Positions 30,924-40,918 of a stretch of 64,000 nucleotides of DNA are shown one piece after another (position 1 is the first letter of the stretch; every line of letters begins with the position of its first letter). Source of the DNA: Candidatus Bathyarchaeota archaeon (lineage in GTDB: Archaea > Thermoproteota > Bathyarchaeia > Bathyarchaeales > Bathyarchaeaceae); the NCBI GenBank assembly GCA_963697165.1, contig CAVOMX010000011.1, positions 64,001-128,000 of the forward strand. The letters run 5' to 3'. The translations under genes were made by a program, and so were the position numbers. The notes below the pieces were generated by a model, which saw nothing but the letters and a program-made list of their open reading frames with translations, did not search any database and was not told the origin of the DNA.

Positions 30924-31355
30924 ATGAAATCTGTAACTGTTGTCTTTTCTGCACATGGACACAAGAATACACTTGCAACTCACAAGACAACCTTTGAAGT
31001 CACAAAAGAGGAGACTCTATCGAATCGGGGCGAATGTATAGTGGCTGTAGAATCAACGAAGGCTGCAGTTGATTTGCCGGTTGAATTCAAGGAAGCGGCA
31101 CGAAAAGAGGGGGCACGAATAAAAGTAACGGTTGAGGCAGGTGAACTGAAGGAAACAGTTAACGCGAAAGGGAGCCCTCTACTAGAGTTTACGCATCCCA
31201 CAGATTTGGTGGTGCGAAAAAGTGACTATGTGTGTGGTCGAACATTGGCGATTAGGGCAGACAAGGCTGCCCTTGACTTTTCAAGAGAGCTTGTTCAAAA
31301 ACTAAAAGACCCAAATCAAACAGTTAAAGTCACGTTGACAGCGGAAGTTTACTGA
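30924..31355 (+). CDS. DUF371 family protein
   Basis: GHKN..ATHKTTFEVTKE...RG.CI; VVRKSDY..RTLAIRADKAA. Confidence 0.9.
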   Translation: MKSVTVVFSAHGHKNTLATHKTTFEVTKEETLSNRGECIVAVESTKAAVDLPVEFKEAARKEGARIKVTVEAGELKETVNAKGSPLLEFTHPTDLVVRKSDYVCGRTLAIRADKAALDFSRELVQKLKDPNQTVKVTLTAEVY

Positions 31356-32416
31356 ATTTGGGCATCCACAACAACCTGCCAAGTGTACGGAGCAACCTCT
31401 CGGACGCTCTTAGCTAAAAGAAACTTCGTTACTTGCCGCATGTTTTGCTTCACTGCTTCGGTTATTAGAACTTGTGCTGTTTCCAGCGGATTTGAATCCT
31501 TCACGAAACCGTAATAATGCACAATACCGCCTCCTGGCTTGATGGCTTCGCAGGCTACATCCACAAACTCTAACGCCGTCTCCGGCAGATTCATGATTAC
31601 ACGATCAGCCTTTCCAGACAAATGCTCTCTTACAACTTGCCTAGCATCCCCAAGAAAGGGCACAACTTGTTTTTCGGCGCGGTTCACTGCAACATTTCGT
31701 TTCATAAGAGCCACAGCGTCGGGGTTAACATCAACAGCGTAGACCCGCACGTTTTTTTGTTTTTTTGCAATTGGAATTGCGAAGGGTCCGACTCCGGCGA
31801 ATAGGTCAACCACCGTTTCTCCCGTTTTCACCTGCGAAGCAACCCTGTCGTGTTCACTCGAAAGTCTTGGAGAAAAATAGGCTTTGGCAACGTCAACATG
31901 ATATGTGCAGCCATACTCTCGGTACACCGTAACGGTTTTTTTGGCTCCAGCTATCACTTCAAAGTCTCTTAGGCGATAAACTCCTTCAACCGCTCCAGAC
32001 TTTGCTAGAACAGTGCAGATCTGCTTGTGCGCGTTTAGTATTGCTTCGCCAATCGCCCCTTTGTAGGTTGAAAGTTCTGGGGGAATCTCGACGATGGCGA
32101 TGTCGCCTACAAAATCGATGGCTCTGGGGACCCCAGCTAAGAGAGCATATGGTAGCTTGTCTGCAAGAAAATCGAGTGGCACTAAATGGTGTTTCTCCCG
32201 CATAGCAAAGTATGGACAGAGATTTCGAATGTCGGATAGTTTCGTCTTGAACGTGTTGAGAACAGCAGTTGAGGGCTCACTGGCTAAGGGTATACATAGG
32301 GAGTCTTCTGTTTGCTGAATCTGTAGTTCTCGTTTAAATAGGTCAAGCTCTGCGACTAGATGAATGGCTTGTTCTCCCAAGTTTTTTGGAACCTTTAAGC
32401 ATGCTGTTTCTGGCAC
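31349..32416 (-). CDS. trm5: tRNA (guanine37-N1)-methyltransferase Trm5/Met-10+ family
   Basis: [36 protein letters not shown]. Confidence 0.85.
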   Translation of the reverse strand: MPETACLKVPKNLGEQAIHLVAELDLFKRELQIQQTEDSLCIPLASEPSTAVLNTFKTKLSDIRNLCPYFAMREKHHLVPLDFLADKLPYALLAGVPRAIDFVGDIAIVEIPPELSTYKGAIGEAILNAHKQICTVLAKSGAVEGVYRLRDFEVIAGAKKTVTVYREYGCTYHVDVAKAYFSPRLSSEHDRVASQVKTGETVVDLFAGVGPFAIPIAKKQKNVRVYAVDVNPDAVALMKRNVAVNRAEKQVVPFLGDARQVVREHLSGKADRVIMNLPETALEFVDVACEAIKPGGGIVHYYGFVKDSNPLETAQVLITEAVKQNMRQVTKFLLAKSVREVAPYTWQVVVDAQIQ

Positions 32417-32481
32417 TGTTGCTCACAAAACAATAGGTGGAAGGCATTTAAATTCGTAGAGCTAAAACAAAACAGTTTAAA

Positions 32482-34110
32482 CTATTTCCTGTTGCTCCTA
32501 AGAAGATAAACAGCCAACGCCAGTTCTAAAGCTGATGCTCCTGCCATGCTCAAAACTGCAAAAACGTGACTAAAAGAAAATAGGTAAACCACAGCATAGG
32601 CAACCAATGGGATAAGCAGGGTTATGACGCCGACGATAAGCTTTTTTAGATCATGAATTAGTGCCGCTATCTTTCCTTGGGTTACAGAATTTAGGAAGAG
32701 CTGAATCTCAAAGATGCTTGCCGAGGCTATCGACAGTATGACAAAAAATGGGATAAGTATTGTTAGGGGCGAGGTCAAGGGCTTTAGGAATGCCATAACA
32801 AGCAGAACCAGAGGCACCGGAACATAGGTTAACGTGGATATCAGAGTCTTGGAAGTTATGATTCGGTTAACGTTCAAGGGCAACGTTTTGGTGTATTCTA
32901 GCCCTGTTCCCTCTGCACTAAGGAGGGCAAGAGGCATAAGCAAAACAAAGATTCCGCCCATGAACGTCGAAACAAGTAACGTGGAAGCCCGTAGAACCTC
33001 AAAGTTGGTTACCATAAACGATTCAATAATAGTCTCTAGAACAGGAAGTGCAAAAAAGAAGGCGGTGGCAGGATTTCTTGAGGAAACCTTCAAGTCTTTC
33101 AGGACAAAACCAAACAGAGGATTGCGCGTTTTGATCGAGAAATCTTTTGCTGTCACTCTTGATATCTTGACGTCAGTTCCCTGCGATATGCGCTTGACTG
33201 TTTTTAGTATCCACTTTCCCGCAAACCCGGCAACTATAACGTATCCTATCAGAGAGGCGGCTGCAATTAATGATGTAGAATCTGCAGTAACGGGGTGACC
33301 GATGTTAGCGATTGTTATTCCAGCTGAGAATGGATGCAAAAAACAGAAGAGCACATTAGAGAGCTGGTTGGGGATAAGAAGCATCATTTCCAGAGAGGGT
33401 ACGATGTACCATGGCAAACTGATCAAGAAGCTTACTCCCATAAGCAGTGATCCCCACATCAGAATGAAAACCAAACGCAAAACCGTGCTGCCTTTGGATC
33501 GTCCTCCACGAGACAGGTTCTTCGTGAATATTCTTGAGAACCACAGAGCAACTGCAACAGCAAGAATCGCATTCACAACAGAAGCCACAAGCATAACCAG
33601 AACCGCAACAGGAGACCCAGTAAAGTAAGCCACCAAAACGACTTGGCTCAGTATCGAACCCACAACCATGTAATCCACGGATCGGACAAAAGAGAATAAC
33701 GTAATCAATGAGAAGTCATTCTGCTTCAGCGGCAAAGTAGCTAACAATGCTGAGGATTCGGCGCTAACAAATGATGAAAGCGTCTGAATTGCATACAATG
33801 CCGTGAAGCCAAATGTGACGGCTAAACTCAACGAGATGGCGCTTGTCAAGCCAAGGATTGGAGAACCAAAAAACTGTGCCGTGAAGGGAATAACCGCGGC
33901 TAGAACGTTAAATATTGCTACTAGCGACTTGTCGAATTTGGCTATCCTCAACGCTTTCTTGGTTAGCTCTAAATCGTTCTGCGCGTCTGCGCCAAGGCGA
34001 CCTCTACCAAAGCCGCCCCACCACATGCGACCTCTTTCCTCAGCTATGGACTTATACACGACCTCCTTGTAGGGCAGGCGACTTAGACGCCAAGCTTCAA
34101 GCAGCTTCAT
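32482..34110 (-). CDS. ABC transporter permease (exporter type)
   Basis: Many TM helices; KDLKVSSR and TLPL motifs; overlaps the upstream ATPase. Confidence 0.8.
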   Translation of the reverse strand: MKLLEAWRLSRLPYKEVVYKSIAEERGRMWWGGFGRGRLGADAQNDLELTKKALRIAKFDKSLVAIFNVLAAVIPFTAQFFGSPILGLTSAISLSLAVTFGFTALYAIQTLSSFVSAESSALLATLPLKQNDFSLITLFSFVRSVDYMVVGSILSQVVLVAYFTGSPVAVLVMLVASVVNAILAVAVALWFSRIFTKNLSRGGRSKGSTVLRLVFILMWGSLLMGVSFLISLPWYIVPSLEMMLLIPNQLSNVLFCFLHPFSAGITIANIGHPVTADSTSLIAAASLIGYVIVAGFAGKWILKTVKRISQGTDVKISRVTAKDFSIKTRNPLFGFVLKDLKVSSRNPATAFFFALPVLETIIESFMVTNFEVLRASTLLVSTFMGGIFVLLMPLALLSAEGTGLEYTKTLPLNVNRIITSKTLISTLTYVPVPLVLLVMAFLKPLTSPLTILIPFFVILSIASASIFEIQLFLNSVTQGKIAALIHDLKKLIVGVITLLIPLVAYAVVYLFSFSHVFAVLSMAGASALELALAVYLLRSNRK

Positions 34111-34894
34111 TTTTGAAGAATGCCTCCCCCAAGAGTCGGGTCTTGTCAGCAACCTCATTCTCTTCGTGTGTCAACTTCAAGAAGACTTCTTCCAGACTTT
34201 CGCTTTTACTTCCAGCCTTAGTTTTCAGCTGGTCAAGCGTTCCCTCAGCGATTACCTTGCCTTGATATATTATTCCAATTCTTGTGCAGAGGTGCTCAGC
34301 CACTTCCATTATATGCGTGGAAAACAGGACGGCTCCGCCCCGTTTTGCATGCAACAAAAGCAGTTCTTTGACTATTCGGCTGCTTTTGGCATCAAGACCA
34401 CTCAGGGGCTCATCCAGCAAAAGAACAGGAGGCTGATGAATAAAAGAAGCAATTAAAGCCACCTTCTGCTTCATTCCCGTCGACAACGTAGCTATTGGAG
34501 CATCAAAATATTTTGCCATGTCGAAAGCGTCCCCCAGCTGGGCTACTATGCGGTTGACTGAAGTTTGATCAATTTTTCGTATAGATGCAACAAACTCCAA
34601 GAAGTCTCTGGAAGAAAGAGACTCGTAGAGAATCGGGTTTTCAGATACGTAACCTATTCTTGATTTGACCTCTATCGGATATTTTGCGGGATCAAAGCCT
34701 CCAACCTTAACCCATCCTGAAGTTGGTTCCACCAAACCGATGATGGCTTTGATTGCCGTGGTTTTGCCGGCACCATTTGGACCCAGTAGACCATAGATTT
34801 CTCCGGGCATAACCCTGAAATTTAGTCCAGATAGGGCTTGAACTGAGCCGAACTGTTTAGTAAGCTCAGATGCTTCGATCAGAGGTGCGGACAT
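34097..34894 (-). CDS. ABC transporter ATP-binding protein
   Basis: GPNGAGKT, LSTGMKQK, LLDEP, STH. Confidence 0.95.
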   Translation of the reverse strand: MSAPLIEASELTKQFGSVQALSGLNFRVMPGEIYGLLGPNGAGKTTAIKAIIGLVEPTSGWVKVGGFDPAKYPIEVKSRIGYVSENPILYESLSSRDFLEFVASIRKIDQTSVNRIVAQLGDAFDMAKYFDAPIATLSTGMKQKVALIASFIHQPPVLLLDEPLSGLDAKSSRIVKELLLLHAKRGGAVLFSTHIMEVAEHLCTRIGIIYQGKVIAEGTLDQLKTKAGSKSESLEEVFLKLTHEENEVADKTRLLGEAFFKNEAA

Positions 34895-35015
34895 TCTAGA
34901 AAAACACCTGTTCTTGATAGGTAAACTCTTTGGAGTGTGCCGTTACTGAAAGTAATGTTTTGTTAAGTTAGAATTCATATTAACAGCGTAATCGTTGAAT
35001 AAGAAGGGGATTAAA

Positions 35016-35492
35016 TCATGGAGATTTTAGTCCGATTTCTTGTGTTATAGTTTCGAGTTTGACAGCAACTAAAGAAACGTTTTTTGGAGTTAATGAAGAC
35101 CATCCGTCTTCTTTTTTGAAGCCGTGTGCGGGAAGAAAGCTTGGGGAAAGCTTCTGTTCTCCATCTTCAGCAAGTTTTTTGATAGCTTTAGCTCTTTCCT
35201 GTGGGTCAGTAACGACTTTGAGGGTACCCAGTAGGACGATGAAGCTGTATTCGCTCAGGTCTTCTCGGTATTCTTCGATTTCAACGCAGACACGTTTGTC
35301 ATTCTCGATTAGCCTCATCTTTGTGCCGTAATCGGTGAAATGAAAATACAGAATCCCATCCAATACAATGTACTGGAAAGGAGCCATGTAGGGGTAATCT
35401 TCTCCTTTGAAGGCGATACGGCAGAGTCGCTGTCTTCGAATTAGTTTCCACATCTCTTGTTTTGTCATTTTTGGCAACTTCAAAACAGCCAC
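35016..35492 (-). CDS. Pyridoxamine 5'-phosphate oxidase-like flavin-binding protein (NimA-like)
   Basis: CRIAF..YPY.AP..LYFH...G.K...VCVEI. Confidence 0.85.
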   Translation of the reverse strand: MAVLKLPKMTKQEMWKLIRRQRLCRIAFKGEDYPYMAPFQYIVLDGILYFHFTDYGTKMRLIENDKRVCVEIEEYREDLSEYSFIVLLGTLKVVTDPQERAKAIKKLAEDGEQKLSPSFLPAHGFKKEDGWSSLTPKNVSLVAVKLETITQEIGLKSP

Positions 35493-35935
35493 AACAAATC
35501 CCCAACAAAAGTTATGGCGTAGTGGATACTTGAATTTTGTGACTGCCCTGAGAATAAACTTAAAAGATAAAAAGTTGAGAGAAAGACTTCAATGGGCAAC
35601 CACGTCTGAGAACGTGAATGACCATGCAGAACAAATCAAACGAAAAAAGATTCATGAGAGGCGAGAAACTGGAAATTACACCCCGAACCAAGGTCTATAT
35701 TATAATTACAGCATGGGTTCTTGTTGCAATTAAGACTGCGATACCCTTCCTGTATTTAAGCAATGAATGCATTTTAGGATACAAGGCAAGCTGCTCTTTC
35801 ACCCAATAAGTAATGCAATCCGTATTCTTGCGGCTTTTATCACATATGTTGTCGCAAAAAAGAAAGAATATAATATGACACAACTGAACACTTCGTTTTA
35901 TAGCTGCATAAACAGGAGTCTTTAATGGAATAATG

Positions 35936-36037
35936 TGGCGGGCCCGAGGGGAATTGAACCCCTGACCTACGGATTAAGAGTCTCAGCCTAGTCCCAATGG
36001 ACCAGTCCGCCGCTCTGCCTTGCTGAGCTACGGGCCC
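35936..36037 (-). tRNA. tRNA-Lys(CTT) with encoded CCA and a 25-nt intron at position 30/31
   Basis: GGGCCCG acceptor stem, GCTC/GAGC D stem, GCGGA-CTCTTAA-TCCGT anticodon arm after removing 35982-36006, AGGGG-TTCAATT-CCCCT T arm; 77 nt mature. Confidence 0.95.
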
Positions 36038-36086
36038 ACAAAAAGGCACTCTCCATATGTGAAAACAGTTAACCTAAATATCTTTT

Positions 36087-36126
36087 GTTCTCAAAAAACG
36101 TAAAAATAATGGGAGCAAAAAGGCTA
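36087..36126 (+). repeat. Diverged copy of the dph5 5' leader/RBS
   Basis: 34/40 ungapped identity to 38596-38635. Confidence 0.75.
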
Positions 36127-36282
36127 ATGTCTCATGTGAAGCATGAGACTACACCCACAGAAACAGAAAAAGCAATCACCACAGTGGAGCAAGAAAACAG
36201 TGAACTGAAAGACAAAATCGAAAATTTAGAAGCCATAATACAAAAAATATATCATAAAGTTTTCCGTGAAAAAATTTTTTGA
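36127..36282 (+). CDS. Small coiled-coil hypothetical protein
   Basis: GGGAG RBS; heptad-like VEQENSELKDKIENLEAII. Confidence 0.55.
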   Translation: MSHVKHETTPTETEKAITTVEQENSELKDKIENLEAIIQKIYHKVFREKIF

Positions 36283-36436
36283 ATACCCGCATGCTATATA
36301 TGCAACCGTGCATTATACTATTATGTGGAATTCTCTTAGTGAATGTCGACAAAAAGGCTTGTCGTGTTTTGTCGTTTATTTTGGGTATTCTTCTTAGAAA
36401 CAATATGAAAAAATCAGGAGGATTTAGTATTTGTCT

Positions 36437-36655
36437 ATGTCTGGAATTCAATTTAAAATGCGTCAACGGATTATTCAAAGATTTGAGAAAGTAGGAGCTA
36501 TTTCAAAGAAGACTGCTGTACCGTTTATAGCGGCTAACCTAGATTTGCAAGAACAGTATTGGCTGCCCTATTTTGGTGGAAGCTTTCTCTGTAGCATACA
36601 GAAGCCTGAGGACAAACTGTATTACCTTAAGAATTATACTGCTGACACCAAATAG
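36437..36655 (+). CDS. Small hypothetical protein
   Basis: AGGAGG upstream; MSGIQFKMRQRIIQRFEKVGAIS...YYLK. Confidence 0.6.
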   Translation: MSGIQFKMRQRIIQRFEKVGAISKKTAVPFIAANLDLQEQYWLPYFGGSFLCSIQKPEDKLYYLKNYTADTK

Positions 36656-37074
36656 GATAACCCATAATTTTTTTCGCTTAAAATATGCAACAGTAAACAA
36701 CATACCACGCTCTAGGCGAATATTTTGAGCATCCACCAATTCCTAACCCTTTTCCCCAACGCATTCATTTCATTTTGTATAATAGGATTCTTTTCTCGCT
36801 CAAATCGACTAATATGAATCTTAGTCTTTAACGCGAGCACAATATACTCCCATTTCGCCAAGTCAAAATCATGCAGAGAATAAATCAATAACAAACACTA
36901 TACTTAAGAATATTTAATTAATCATCACCAACTTTTGGATTTTGGGTTAAATTTTAACATTTTTCACAAAATTTTCACCAATTAGGACAAACTTTTGGTC
37001 TAAACTTTTAATCATGCTCATGATTTGAGTTACATAAACAATTTCAGACTCTTGTTTCATAGACTTATGAGGGA

Positions 37075-37356
37075 ATGATATCTGTGCCCATAGACAAAGA
37101 GAAATTTGAAAAGGTCTCTATTAAGTTGGAAGAAGAGATAATCTCTTTCTTGAAGAAACGTCAGGAAAAAGCATTTACTGCCGAAGAAATAATGGGGTGG
37201 ACAAGTTTTCATGTAGATTTTGATGTACCAGGGACTTCCAAAATAGCTATGTTCATGGTCGCAAATTTTGTTTCGGTTCTTCAGGATTTAGTAAATAAAG
37301 GAAAAATTTCAAGAAAAATTGTTAACAATCGAATGTATTTTAGGGTAAGTGAATAA
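37075..37356 (+). CDS. Small winged-helix-like protein
   Basis: EIISFLK...AFTAEEI...LQDLVNKGKISRK....MYF. Confidence 0.7.
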   Translation: MISVPIDKEKFEKVSIKLEEEIISFLKKRQEKAFTAEEIMGWTSFHVDFDVPGTSKIAMFMVANFVSVLQDLVNKGKISRKIVNNRMYFRVSE

Positions 37357-37376
37357 GCGCGGACCTAATTCGGTGG

Positions 37377-37465
37377 CAGTCTCGAAGCTCGCTCATGCTG
37401 ATGTTTGATGGAGACCGCTCCGCCTAAATATTAGGCGAAGAGAGGAGCACGCATGTGGGTTCAAT
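37377..37465 (+). repeat. Diverged direct repeat, copy 1
   Basis: 37377-37424 is 39/48 identical to 38491-38538, with weaker similarity beyond. Confidence 0.75.
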
Positions 37466-37470
37466 CGCAT

Positions 37471-38070
37471 TTACTCGTCGTAGCATATCAGTTCTTTTTC
37501 TTCAAGTGTTTTGTGAAGTTTATCGACCGCTGTGTAAACGTCTTCTTCTTTTGTGGCTCCGGTGCAAACAAGTTTTCCGCTGGCGAAGAGAAGAATCACA
37601 ACTTTTGGGTCATTCATTCTGTAGACGAGACCCGGAAACTGTTCTGGCTCATACATGGTCCTTTCGAGAGAGTAAGCGCAATCTTCCAGCTCTATTCGTC
37701 CCAAAAGGTTCGCTGTAGCAACAATGTTCACTATTTTAGTTTCTGGTTTGCCAGGGATGATTATCCCGCTTTTTTTCAGTTCTCTTACAACTTTCAGAAC
37801 AGCTTTTTTTGATTCATTCTCAGACTTGGCTCCAGTGCAAACCATCTTCCCAGTACTGAAAATGAGTATGGCTGTCTTGGGTTTTTTTAACCTGAAAACT
37901 AAGCCCGGAAACTTTTCTGGACGATACTCAACTAAGCAGTTCCCCTTAACTATTGCATTAAGGTCAAATTTCTGATTCAACGTAGCAGATGACACAACAT
38001 TTTGGACCCGTATGGATGCATCAAAAACAGGCGTTGGTAATTCATGAATTAAAACCTCTGAAAGAGACAA
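37471..38070 (-). CDS. tbp: TATA-box-binding protein (probably a diverged paralog)
   Basis: Two repeats: NVVSSA...EYRPEKFPGLVFR...IFSTGKMVCTGAK and NIVATA...YEPEQFPGLVYR...LFASGKLVCTGA. Confidence 0.97.
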   Translation of the reverse strand: MSLSEVLIHELPTPVFDASIRVQNVVSSATLNQKFDLNAIVKGNCLVEYRPEKFPGLVFRLKKPKTAILIFSTGKMVCTGAKSENESKKAVLKVVRELKKSGIIIPGKPETKIVNIVATANLLGRIELEDCAYSLERTMYEPEQFPGLVYRMNDPKVVILLFASGKLVCTGATKEEDVYTAVDKLHKTLEEKELICYDE

Positions 38071-38083
38071 GTCACAAACCTTC

Positions 38084-38290
38084 TTAGTTCTCTGTAGTAT
38101 TCAGATCTTCTAGAAGGCTTAGGAACTGGTCTTTCTTCTTGAAGTCTTTGTTCTTTTCTGCTTCCATTATGACAGATTGCACCCAATCTCTCAGTTGAGA
38201 ATGCAAGCTTATTTTTATCTGGGGGTTTCTATCCCTTCTTTTAATCCAAGATTGTGTTGGTCTGCTTAACTGTATATTTTTTAATTTCAT
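38084..38290 (-). CDS. Small hypothetical protein upstream of tbp
   Basis: ORF ends 13 nt before the tbp start; ATG 38290 preferred. Confidence 0.55.
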   Translation of the reverse strand: MKLKNIQLSRPTQSWIKRRDRNPQIKISLHSQLRDWVQSVIMEAEKNKDFKKKDQFLSLLEDLNTTEN

Positions 38291-38490
38291 ACGTTCCACT
38301 TTAATTTTTTCAGTAGAATAGTCAAAGAAAACGGCAAAAATGCAACTTTTTGCAATATTCAGTACGAGAATCCTATGTGGTACAGTAATGAAGAGCCACA
38401 CATATTAAGCTATTTGCTTAATAATAGCAAGTCCACTAAATTTTTTGCCCATCTAAAATTTATTCAGTTTCTTGTCTTTTGTTTGGTTAA

Positions 38491-38586
38491 CAGCCTCAAA
38501 GCTTGCTCAGGATGATGTTCGACGGAAACCTCTCCGCCAACTGACGACGCGATGGAGTGGGCTCGCGGGCGGACTTCTAATTTTTT
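38491..38586 (+). repeat. Diverged direct repeat, copy 2; possible structured sRNA
   Basis: GC-rich intergenic stretch with GATGATG and CTGA boxes, TCCGCC/GGCGGA and CGCGA/TCGCG stems, ending in a T run. Confidence 0.6.
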
Positions 38587-38634
38587 AAGCGAGAAGTTCG
38601 CAAAGAATGTAAAGCTAATGGGAGCAAGAAGGCT

Positions 38635-39438
38635 ATGAACGAACTTGTCTTCATCGGATTAGGGTTATACGACGAAAAAGATGTCTCCATCAGGGGACTT
38701 GAGGAACTAAAAGAGGCAGACACAGTTTTTGCCGAATTCTACACTAGCCTGATGCCTGGACTCTCCATCAGAAAACTTGAGGAGATGATAGGAAAGGCGG
38801 TCAATGTTGTGTCACGAAGAGTCTTAGAGGAAGAAGATGGACAACAGATTCTTGAAGCGGCAAAGAAGGGAAAAGCAGTGTTTTTGGTTCAGGGAGACCC
38901 CATGATTGCCACAACTCATGTTGATTTGCGGATTAGCGCAGAGAAGCAGGGAATCAAAACCCGAGTTATTCATGGCGCCTCTGCTGTTTCAGCTGTTAGG
39001 GGTATTTCGGGTTTGCAGAATTACAAGTTTGGAAAAGCGGTTACGATACCGTTTTCGGAACAGGGGTTTGTCTCCGAAACCCCATACAATGTTATCAGAG
39101 AAAACAAGAAAATGGGACTGCATACCATGTGTTATCTGGACATTAAAGCTGAGGAGCAGAGGTACTTGACTGTCAATGAGGCGCTTCGAACACTGTTAGA
39201 ACTGGAAAAACAGAAAAAAGAAGAGGTTATCACTTCAAGAACTCTCGTCATAGGCGTTGCAAGAGCGGGTTCATACGAGCCGGTAGTGAAGGCAGGCTAC
39301 ATAGAAGAAGTGATAAAATATGACTTTGGCGCTCCTCCGCACACGCTCATCGTTCCGGGCAAACTACATTTCATGGAAGCCGAAGCACTCATAGCATTAG
39401 CAGGAGCGCCCAAAGAAGTTATGGAGATGACAGAATGA
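38635..39438 (+). CDS. dph5: Diphthine synthase
   Basis: FIGLGL, AEFYTS, GDPMIATTH, GLQNYKFGK, GLHT.C.LDI, PPHTLIVPG.LHFME. Confidence 0.97.
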   Translation: MNELVFIGLGLYDEKDVSIRGLEELKEADTVFAEFYTSLMPGLSIRKLEEMIGKAVNVVSRRVLEEEDGQQILEAAKKGKAVFLVQGDPMIATTHVDLRISAEKQGIKTRVIHGASAVSAVRGISGLQNYKFGKAVTIPFSEQGFVSETPYNVIRENKKMGLHTMCYLDIKAEEQRYLTVNEALRTLLELEKQKKEEVITSRTLVIGVARAGSYEPVVKAGYIEEVIKYDFGAPPHTLIVPGKLHFMEAEALIALAGAPKEVMEMTE

Positions 39439-39692
39439 AGATAGACGAACTGATTACAAAATATATCAAAGGCGCTGAACGCGTCGTTCAAGAAATAGGG
39501 CAGATACCAGCAGATGTGCACCTAAACGAAGACGAGGCAAAAACAGTTTTCGACTGGGCTAAACGTTATCTGGAAGACGCCAAATACTATCAAGAGAAAG
39601 GAAAACTGGAAACAAGCCTTACCTCCGTTGCCTATTGTGAAGGACTGCTAGATGCCCTGCGACTATTAGGAGCTGTAGAGTTCTCATGGTAA
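39435..39692 (+). CDS. DUF357 family protein
   Basis: AKRYLEDAKYY..KG...SL...AYCEGLLDA; usual dph5 neighbour. Confidence 0.9.
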   Translation: MKIDELITKYIKGAERVVQEIGQIPADVHLNEDEAKTVFDWAKRYLEDAKYYQEKGKLETSLTSVAYCEGLLDALRLLGAVEFSW

Positions 39693-40144
39693 CAAAAAAG
39701 AAAAAAAGAGTTGTCCTAGCTTCGGGAACCTTTGATTTGCTTCATCTAGGGCACGTCAGATTTCTTGAAGAAGCAAAAAAAGCGGGTGGCAAAGACGCGG
39801 AGCTAGTTGTTATAGTGGCTAGAGACAGCACCGTCAAAGCTAGGAAAGGAAAAAAGCCCATTATGCCAGAAGACCAACGGCGGGCACTCGTCGAGTCCCT
39901 TAAGGTTGTTGACGAAGCAATTCTTGGTTGGGAAGACTTCAGCATAGACAAAGTAATCGAAAAAATAAAACCAGACGTAATAGCCGTGGGTCACGACCAA
40001 GACGGAATAGAAAACGAATTACTCAAAGCGATAGAGGAAAAGAAAGCCGCAATCGAAGTTGCGAAGATTGGACGATTCGGAAAAAGAGAATTGGACAGTT
40101 CCTCAAAGATCGTTAGAAAGATAATAGAGTCATTCATCAAATAG
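39686..40144 (+). CDS. ribL: FAD synthase (cytidylyltransferase family)
   Basis: GTFDLLHLGH, VARD, GHDQ; adjacent to ribK. Confidence 0.85.
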   Translation: MVTKKKKRVVLASGTFDLLHLGHVRFLEEAKKAGGKDAELVVIVARDSTVKARKGKKPIMPEDQRRALVESLKVVDEAILGWEDFSIDKVIEKIKPDVIAVGHDQDGIENELLKAIEEKKAAIEVAKIGRFGKRELDSSSKIVRKIIESFIK

Positions 40145-40153
40145 GGTAAAGAG

Positions 40154-40855
40154 CTAGGGCAGAATCAGAATCTCCACTTTAACCTTGTTCCCGTCTTTCA
40201 GTTTCAAGCTACTTCGAAGAAACGTTGGAGAAACAATCTCCATCACAGAATCCCCGTAATGGCTTCTTAGAGCATAGATGACTGCGCCCTTCACTTTGTT
40301 GTTTATTATTGCAGGGTAACACTTCACTGGACCAAAAGTTCTGGACTCGTCCTCAAAACCTTCAAGCTCCACACAAGGATACGCCTCAAGCTCAGACATG
40401 GCTTTTATGTCATAGTCGGTCGTCAGTTTGATGTTAAAGGTGCCGGGATAGGGATCAAAACCAAGCTTTTCCATAAACTGTTTACGATACCCCTCTTTAT
40501 TCACGTAATAGGCGCCCTCACCCAACCCGCTGAACAAAACGCCCTCCAAAGTTAATGACGGCGGATACTCTGACTCAAAAATCAAACGCAACTCAGAATA
40601 CAGTTTCTTTAACTCGGCAACTCCTAGACTAGTGATTTTCGTCAAACAGCCTTCCGGAGTTATGGTTCGTTTTATCCAACCCATCTTCTCCAAGTTGATA
40701 AGGTGCCTAGATGCTGTCTGCTGAGAAGATCCAATCTTTTCAGCTAGATACTCCGTGGAAACCTTAACAGTTCGGCTAGAAGCACCCAACTCCGCTAACT
40801 TATAGAGAGTAAAGAAGAGCTTCCAGGACCTTAAATCAAGTTTCAGGTGGTCCAC
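40154..40855 (-). CDS. ribK: CTP-dependent riboflavin kinase with N-terminal wHTH
   Basis: SQQTASR HTH; SGLGEG.YY, PYPGTFN, LKDG. Confidence 0.93.
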   Translation of the reverse strand: MDHLKLDLRSWKLFFTLYKLAELGASSRTVKVSTEYLAEKIGSSQQTASRHLINLEKMGWIKRTITPEGCLTKITSLGVAELKKLYSELRLIFESEYPPSLTLEGVLFSGLGEGAYYVNKEGYRKQFMEKLGFDPYPGTFNIKLTTDYDIKAMSELEAYPCVELEGFEDESRTFGPVKCYPAIINNKVKGAVIYALRSHYGDSVMEIVSPTFLRSSLKLKDGNKVKVEILILP

Positions 40856-40918
40856 GTTAATCGCCTATTTCTGAGAAGAGACAAACTACCTATTTATACG
40901 TAACCCGAAACCGAAACT

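Noticed and set aside
35500..35935. Integrated element at the tRNA 3' end
   Set aside because: No integrase and no duplicated tRNA 3' end (att site) are visible; the short ORFs here are unsupported.
38035..38060. Out-of-frame ATG after GAGG at the 5' end of tbp
   Set aside because: It could be a 1-nt indel (giving MKLPTPVF), but the in-frame TTG at 38070 with its own SD-like sequence suffices; unresolvable here.
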